Source: Polyangiaceae bacterium | Lineage (GTDB): Bacteria; Myxococcota_A; Polyangia; Polyangiales; Polyangiaceae | Assembly: GCA_965222375.1 (NCBI GenBank) | Contig: CBDCTZ010000008.1 | Span: forward strand, 96,001 to 160,000 | Reading direction: 5' to 3' | DNA length: 64,000 nt | Shown: piece by piece, positions 59,156-64,000 of the stretch | Numbering within the stretch: the stretch's first letter is position 1 | Layout: each line of letters begins with the position of its first letter | Notes under the pieces: model-generated | Database searches by the model: none | What the model was told of the DNA's origin: nothing | Seen by the model: only the letters and a program-made list of their open reading frames with translations | Position numbers and translations under genes: made by a program

Positions 59156-59842
59156 ATGAACCGCTGGCTCTCCCTTCCGCTACTGCTCGCCGTCGCTGCC
59201 CTCCCCGCTTGCAAGAAAAAGGACCCGGCGAAGTGCGATAACGCAAAGTCGGTCATCAAGCAGGCAATTGGCAGCGAAGAGTTCGCCCTAGCCCGACAGT
59301 GGCGCGATTACGCCTACAAACACTGCTCGGATCCCGCTGATCTGAGCGCTGTGGACAAGGGAATCACGGACAAGGAGGCAGAGGCTGCTCGCCGCAAGGC
59401 CGATGCCGAAGCCAAGCAGCGCGAAGCTCAGCAGCTGGTCAAGCTGTTCTCCGAGTGGGTCGGACAGCATCGCACCGATCCTACCCGTGCTGCCGTAAAC
59501 GTGACTTGCAGCGGACCGGAGGATTCCACCGAGCGCTGGTGCATCCGGGAACGCTCGGTGGGCGGCAAGTACGCGGTCAAGGTCCGCTACTGGGAGGAGA
59601 CTCCCGCAGCCCACAAATTCTTCAGCATCGCTCCCGACGAGGTGAAATGCGACGCTTTCGGCGCATCCGCCGTGATCGCCACGAAACACGGCGGCGCCCA
59701 AGTCTACTGCGACCTAACCGGGGGCACCTTGTCCGGGATGAAATTGCTGATTCAGCGAGCCAAGGACGGCACGCATATGAACCTCGTGTCCAACGAATAC
59801 GTGGAAAAGGACGCGGGGTTCAAACAGCTGGCCGAGCCCTAA
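59156..59842 (+). CDS. Hypothetical lipoprotein
   Basis: Lipobox LPAC followed by KKKD; paired cysteines. Confidence 0.75.
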   Translation: MNRWLSLPLLLAVAALPACKKKDPAKCDNAKSVIKQAIGSEEFALARQWRDYAYKHCSDPADLSAVDKGITDKEAEAARRKADAEAKQREAQQLVKLFSEWVGQHRTDPTRAAVNVTCSGPEDSTERWCIRERSVGGKYAVKVRYWEETPAAHKFFSIAPDEVKCDAFGASAVIATKHGGAQVYCDLTGGTLSGMKLLIQRAKDGTHMNLVSNEYVEKDAGFKQLAEP

Positions 59843-59867
59843 TCGACCGCCAGAAAAGCAGCCTGGT

Positions 59868-62078
59868 TTGAGCGCAGAGACGAAGCCGTCCGACAAGCTC
59901 GGTCTGTGGGGTGCCACGGGGGTTGGCGTTGGAGCCATCGTAGGTGGCGGCATCCTGGTGCTGGCCGGCGTTGCCTTCCGGGCCACAGGCCCCAGTGCGG
60001 TCCTGGCCTTCGCCATCAACGGCGTGGTCGCAGTGCTGACGGCCCTCTCGTTTGCAGAGATGTCGACGGCGTTCCCAGAATCCGGCGGCGCCTACGTCTT
60101 CGCCAAGAAGGTCTTGGGCGTTCGTGCGGCGTTCGCTGTCGGCTGGATTCTTTGGTTCGCCTACATCGTCGCTGGGGTGCTCTATGCCCTGGGTTTTGCG
60201 GAATACGGCGTCGCCGCTGTAGCCGAGATCTGGCGCCTGTCCGGGGACGAGGCACCCGAGTGGCTGGCCTCCCGGCGCACCGTGCTCGCTATTGCGTTGA
60301 CTGCGGCGGCTGCCTACGCGCTGTCCTTGATCCGCAAGAGCACTGGAGGCGGCCAATTCGCCACGATCGGGAAGGTCGTAGTATTTGCGATTCTTATCAT
60401 CGCCGGCATGTGGGCGTTGCGCGACGAGACCGCAAGCAGTGTGGAACGCGACCTGACGCCGTTCTTTCCAAAGGGCAGCTCAGGCCTGATCGCCGCGATG
60501 GGGTTCACCTTTATCGCACTACAGGGCTTCGAGGTCATCGCAGCTGTCGCCGGGGAGGTGCGGGACCCGGCCCGAACCCTGCCTCGCGCAATGCTGATGT
60601 CCCTGGGGCTCGGTCTAATCATCTATTTGCCACTTCTGCTCTTGGTCTCCACCGTGGGGACTCCAGCGGGCACCGACATCGGTGTCATGGGAACCGATAA
60701 CCCCGAGACGGTCATGGCCGAGAGCGCCAAGAACTTCATGGGACCCGTGGGCTACTGGCTGGTACTAGTCGCCGCAATCCTGTCCACCTTGTCCGCGCTG
60801 CATGCAAACATCCTAGCGGCCTCCAGGGTCGCTCTGACCATGGCGAGCGATCGCACGCTCCCGCGAGTGTTGGCTCGCCAGCACGACCGTTTCCGCACGC
60901 CGGTGATGGCAATCTACACCACCGCCTTGGCGTTGGCGGCGATTCTGATGATGGTTCCCGACTTGGCCTCGGCGGGTGCCGCGGCCAGCCTCATCTTCCT
61001 GATCTGTTTTGCCCTCGCCCACGGCACGGCGCTGTTGGCACGGCTACGCACCAAGAGTCAGGTATTCAAGGTCCCCTTCTTCCCGGTCCCGCACATCGTC
61101 GGGGGCCTTGCGTGTTCCGCGTTGGCCATCTTCCAAGCGGTGACGGTCCCGGCAGCCGGTGCCATCACCGGGGTGTGGCTTGGCCTGGGAGTGCTGCTCT
61201 ATTTCGCGCTCTTCGCCAGTCGCGCTGAAGCCGTCGACGCATCGGTTCAGGCCCGAGATCCCGAGCTAGCGCGGCTACGCGGCTTCCGACCCTTTGTTCT
61301 GGTACCGGTCGCGAACCCAGACAACGCCCCCGCCCTGGTCGAGTTGGCGAGCGCCTTGGCACCGCCGCAAATCGGGCGCGTACTGCTGTTGAGCGTGATC
61401 CGCACCTCAGATGACGGCATCGAAGACGAGTCCCTCCAGAAGTCCCAGCACGTGCTGTCCGAAGCGCTCACCCGCGCCCATCATCATGGACACCGACCGG
61501 AAGCGCTGATGACCCACGCCGCCCACCACTGGCCGGAGATTGCGCGCGTGGCACGCACCTACCGATCTGAAAGCCTGTTGCTGGGCTTGCCGGATCTGTT
61601 GGGAGAAGAGGTCAGCAAGAGCCTCGTGACTCTGCTCAACCAGGTCGATTGCGACGTCGCGGTGCTGAAAGCGCATCCAGAGTTCACCCTCGAGAAAGTT
61701 CATCGCGTCCTGGTACCGGTGGGCGGCCGTGGCGCTCAGCACGAGCTTCGTGCGCGCTTGATTGGCAGCATCGGACGGGAGGGTGGGTCGACGATTCGAT
61801 TCCTGCGGGTCATGCCCGCGGACACTTCCGAGGCGAGTCGTGCCGAGGCAGAACGTGGGCTCAGGCGGCTCGGGGAGGACGAAGCACCGGGCCGCTACGA
61901 GTGCGAAATCGTGTGTGACGACGATGTCGCCGGCGCCGTCACCACACAGGCTGAAGGCACCGATCTGGTCATCCTCGGTGCGCAGCGCGTTGGGGGGAAA
62001 ACCGCTCTCGGTAGTATTACGCGAAAGATCGCTGCTCGCGCTCAGGTGCCGACTGTGCTCATCAGCAAGCGCGGCTGA
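59868..62078 (+). CDS. APC-family amino acid permease with C-terminal universal stress protein domains
   Basis: GAIVGGGI, AEMSTAFPESGG, GFE..AGEV; two USP-like VLVPV segments. Confidence 0.92.
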   Translation: MSAETKPSDKLGLWGATGVGVGAIVGGGILVLAGVAFRATGPSAVLAFAINGVVAVLTALSFAEMSTAFPESGGAYVFAKKVLGVRAAFAVGWILWFAYIVAGVLYALGFAEYGVAAVAEIWRLSGDEAPEWLASRRTVLAIALTAAAAYALSLIRKSTGGGQFATIGKVVVFAILIIAGMWALRDETASSVERDLTPFFPKGSSGLIAAMGFTFIALQGFEVIAAVAGEVRDPARTLPRAMLMSLGLGLIIYLPLLLLVSTVGTPAGTDIGVMGTDNPETVMAESAKNFMGPVGYWLVLVAAILSTLSALHANILAASRVALTMASDRTLPRVLARQHDRFRTPVMAIYTTALALAAILMMVPDLASAGAAASLIFLICFALAHGTALLARLRTKSQVFKVPFFPVPHIVGGLACSALAIFQAVTVPAAGAITGVWLGLGVLLYFALFASRAEAVDASVQARDPELARLRGFRPFVLVPVANPDNAPALVELASALAPPQIGRVLLLSVIRTSDDGIEDESLQKSQHVLSEALTRAHHHGHRPEALMTHAAHHWPEIARVARTYRSESLLLGLPDLLGEEVSKSLVTLLNQVDCDVAVLKAHPEFTLEKVHRVLVPVGGRGAQHELRARLIGSIGREGGSTIRFLRVMPADTSEASRAEAERGLRRLGEDEAPGRYECEIVCDDDVAGAVTTQAEGTDLVILGAQRVGGKTALGSITRKIAARAQVPTVLISKRG

Positions 62079-62092
62079 GTCGAAGAAGCCCG

Positions 62093-64000
62093 CTACAGCT
62101 CGATACGTCCCTCGACGACGCAGCCATCAGCGGCGATCGCGATGACTCGGCCCACGTCGGCAAACAAGCTGACGATCGGTGCGACCAGACTGGGCTCCTC
62201 CCACACCGGAACGAACTCCGCGTCTCCGATGAATGGCCGCATCCAGATCCGCCGCGCCGCCGCAACCCATGCCCGCCCCGCCACGTCGATGGCGGCGGCT
62301 GATAGATCCGGCGCCCCCTTCAAGGTTTCGGCATGGCATCGCCCATTGATGATTCGCGCGACGAGTCCGTCACTACCCACAGCCAAACCGTAGTTTCTGT
62401 CTACTCTGGCGCCACAAGCAACCACAGCCCGAACCCGGGGAATGCTCAATTCGACCGCATCCCACTGCAGCGGACTGACTTCAGCCACAAAGCCACGATT
62501 GTTGTGACGTCGGCCTGTCACCAACCAGCGGTCATCCGCGATCCGCGCCAAGCCGGAGATGGCAGCAGCCTTCGCCAAGGGTAGAGGTTTGAGCCAGCGG
62601 CGCGATGTCAGCGTGTAGAGCACCGGCGGCCCGTCAGGGCGAACGCCGACTACGACGGCCAAGTCGTCGAAGTCCCCGTCCGCTGCGACGAAGGTCTCAC
62701 TTCCTGACGGGCCCCGCACCACATCCTGAACTCCGCGCGACGTATAGGTCGCGAGGGTTGCTTGATCGCCACCTACCACCCACCGGCCAGCTGCTCGGCG
62801 GTGTACGAATCGGATCCCCTGAGGAGCCGGCAGATCCCGGGTGGGGGCAGAACGCCATTCGGCGCCATCCCAAAACGAAAGTCCTTCGTTGGTTGCGGCC
62901 AGACAGCGGCCATCGCCATCCCAAGCCACGCTTCTGAGAACACGATCTCCTTCGTCGCGGTGACGAAGAGTCCAGTGGAAGCCCGCTCGCGCCTGTTGCC
63001 CGGTTGGCGTGACGCTCTCGAGCCGCCGATCAACGACCGCGGAGCGCTTTCCTGGGCGGCGCAGCCACGGCATGATCGTGCTCGCGAACAATGCGGCCGT
63101 CTGCGGTCTCTCTTCTGGCCGCAGCGCCGTCGCACGGGCGATGGCCAGATCCAGGGCCGCGCAAGATTCCTCGTCGGCGGCGAGTTCCGGTGAGAGCAAC
63201 GGCGACTCGCGAATGGATTTTCGCTCCGCGCTCTTTGCGGCCAGAAGCACTTCGGATGGAGTCGACGCCGTGAAGTAGCTTCGACCCGTAAGCAAGAAGA
63301 AGAAGTCGACCGCGAAGGTGAAAACATCGCTCCAAGAGCCGATTCGCCGGTCGTCCAGGGCCGCCTGCTCGGGAGGCGCATAGCCGATCGTGCCAACGAC
63401 GATGCCTCCAAAGGTGGCCGCTACGCCGATGGGACGGGCAAGTCCGAAATCCGTGATCTTGAAGATCTCGTCATCCCCAAAACCGCAGCATAAAACGTTG
63501 TTGGGGGTCAGATCACGGTGGAGCACGCCCACTTCGTGGATGGCGTCGATGCCTTGAGCCATGCACTCGACTGCGTGGGCAGCTCGCTCACGATCGAAGG
63601 CGTAGTCCGTATGCTCCACACTGTAGACGACGCGCTCCGCAAGAGTCGTACCCTCTGCGCCGCCGTGAACATACTCCAGCGCCAGCCACGGCAGGTCGAA
63701 ACGCCGTCCACCCATTTCTAGGGCGACGGTACCGGCGTCGATCAACTGCACGACGAAGGGCGTCGGGGGCACGCGGGAGTTCAAGCGGGTGAGCGCCTCG
63801 ACTTCCTTCTGAACGATCAGCGCGCCGGTACGGCCGCTCTGCAACACGTACTCCGGGCGTAGCAGTTTCATGACGATGGGCGTCTTGCCCTGCGGTGTGG
63901 CGCGCATTCCGAAATACGCGAACCCCATGGATCCGGCGCCCAGCAGACGACCCAGTCGGTAGTGGGTGTCAGGCCGTTCCGAAGGGATCGGATGCTGGGC
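62093..64000 (-). CDS. Ser/Thr protein kinase with C-terminal beta-propeller-like region (5' end lies beyond the window)
   Basis: Frame stays open to the window edge (YRLGRLLGAGSMG); HRDLTPNN, DFGLAR and GTIGYAPPEQ motifs. Confidence 0.9.
   Translation of the reverse strand, partial: AQHPIPSERPDTHYRLGRLLGAGSMGFAYFGMRATPQGKTPIVMKLLRPEYVLQSGRTGALIVQKEVEALTRLNSRVPPTPFVVQLIDAGTVALEMGGRRFDLPWLALEYVHGGAEGTTLAERVVYSVEHTDYAFDRERAAHAVECMAQGIDAIHEVGVLHRDLTPNNVLCCGFGDDEIFKITDFGLARPIGVAATFGGIVVGTIGYAPPEQAALDDRRIGSWSDVFTFAVDFFFLLTGRSYFTASTPSEVLLAAKSAERKSIRESPLLSPELAADEESCAALDLAIARATALRPEERPQTAALFASTIMPWLRRPGKRSAVVDRRLESVTPTGQQARAGFHWTLRHRDEGDRVLRSVAWDGDGRCLAATNEGLSFWDGAEWRSAPTRDLPAPQGIRFVHRRAAGRWVVGGDQATLATYTSRGVQDVVRGPSGSETFVAADGDFDDLAVVVGVRPDGPPVLYTLTSRRWLKPLPLAKAAAISGLARIADDRWLVTGRRHNNRGFVAEVSPLQWDAVELSIPRVRAVVACGARVDRNYGLAVGSDGLVARIINGRCHAETLKGAPDLSAAAIDVAGRAWVAAARRIWMRPFIGDAEFVPVWEEPSLVAPIVSLFADVGRVIAIAADGCVVEGRIEL

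Noticed and set aside
1..64000. tRNA, rRNA, prophage or integrase
   Set aside because: No recognisable signatures on reading; a tRNAscan/Infernal run would be needed to exclude small RNAs

Overview
GC-rich, gene-dense bacterial DNA. The gene content (many lipoproteins, Cys-rich repeat proteins, eukaryote-like Ser/Thr kinases, PPC/P-domain proteases) suggests Myxococcota, probably Polyangiaceae-like; this is inference. About 50 CDSs are supported, including hemH, pruA, queG, a divergent RtcB-like protein, two Ser/Thr kinases, an orphan MCP, an L,D-transpeptidase, a GspE/PilB ATPase with N-terminal membrane helices, three Thr-type sulfatase-like proteins, a Gld-like ABC operon with a diguanylate cyclase, a surface protease cluster and a Zn/Mn uptake operon led by a His/Cys-rich leader ORF. 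The main structural finding is at 18.1-23.3 kb. A complete IS50/Tn5-like element (19759-21231, 9-bp target duplication) and a complete group II intron (21296-23239, with matching EBS1/IBS1) have inserted about 55 bp apart in the long non-coding region upstream of an HNH endonuclease gene. Removing both insertions rebuilds a sequence that matches an uninterrupted, shorter copy between hemH and the SDR gene (2194-2351). This points to an unannotated dispersed non-coding element. No rRNA, tRNA or CRISPR array was seen. All product calls come from motif recognition; no database searches were run.
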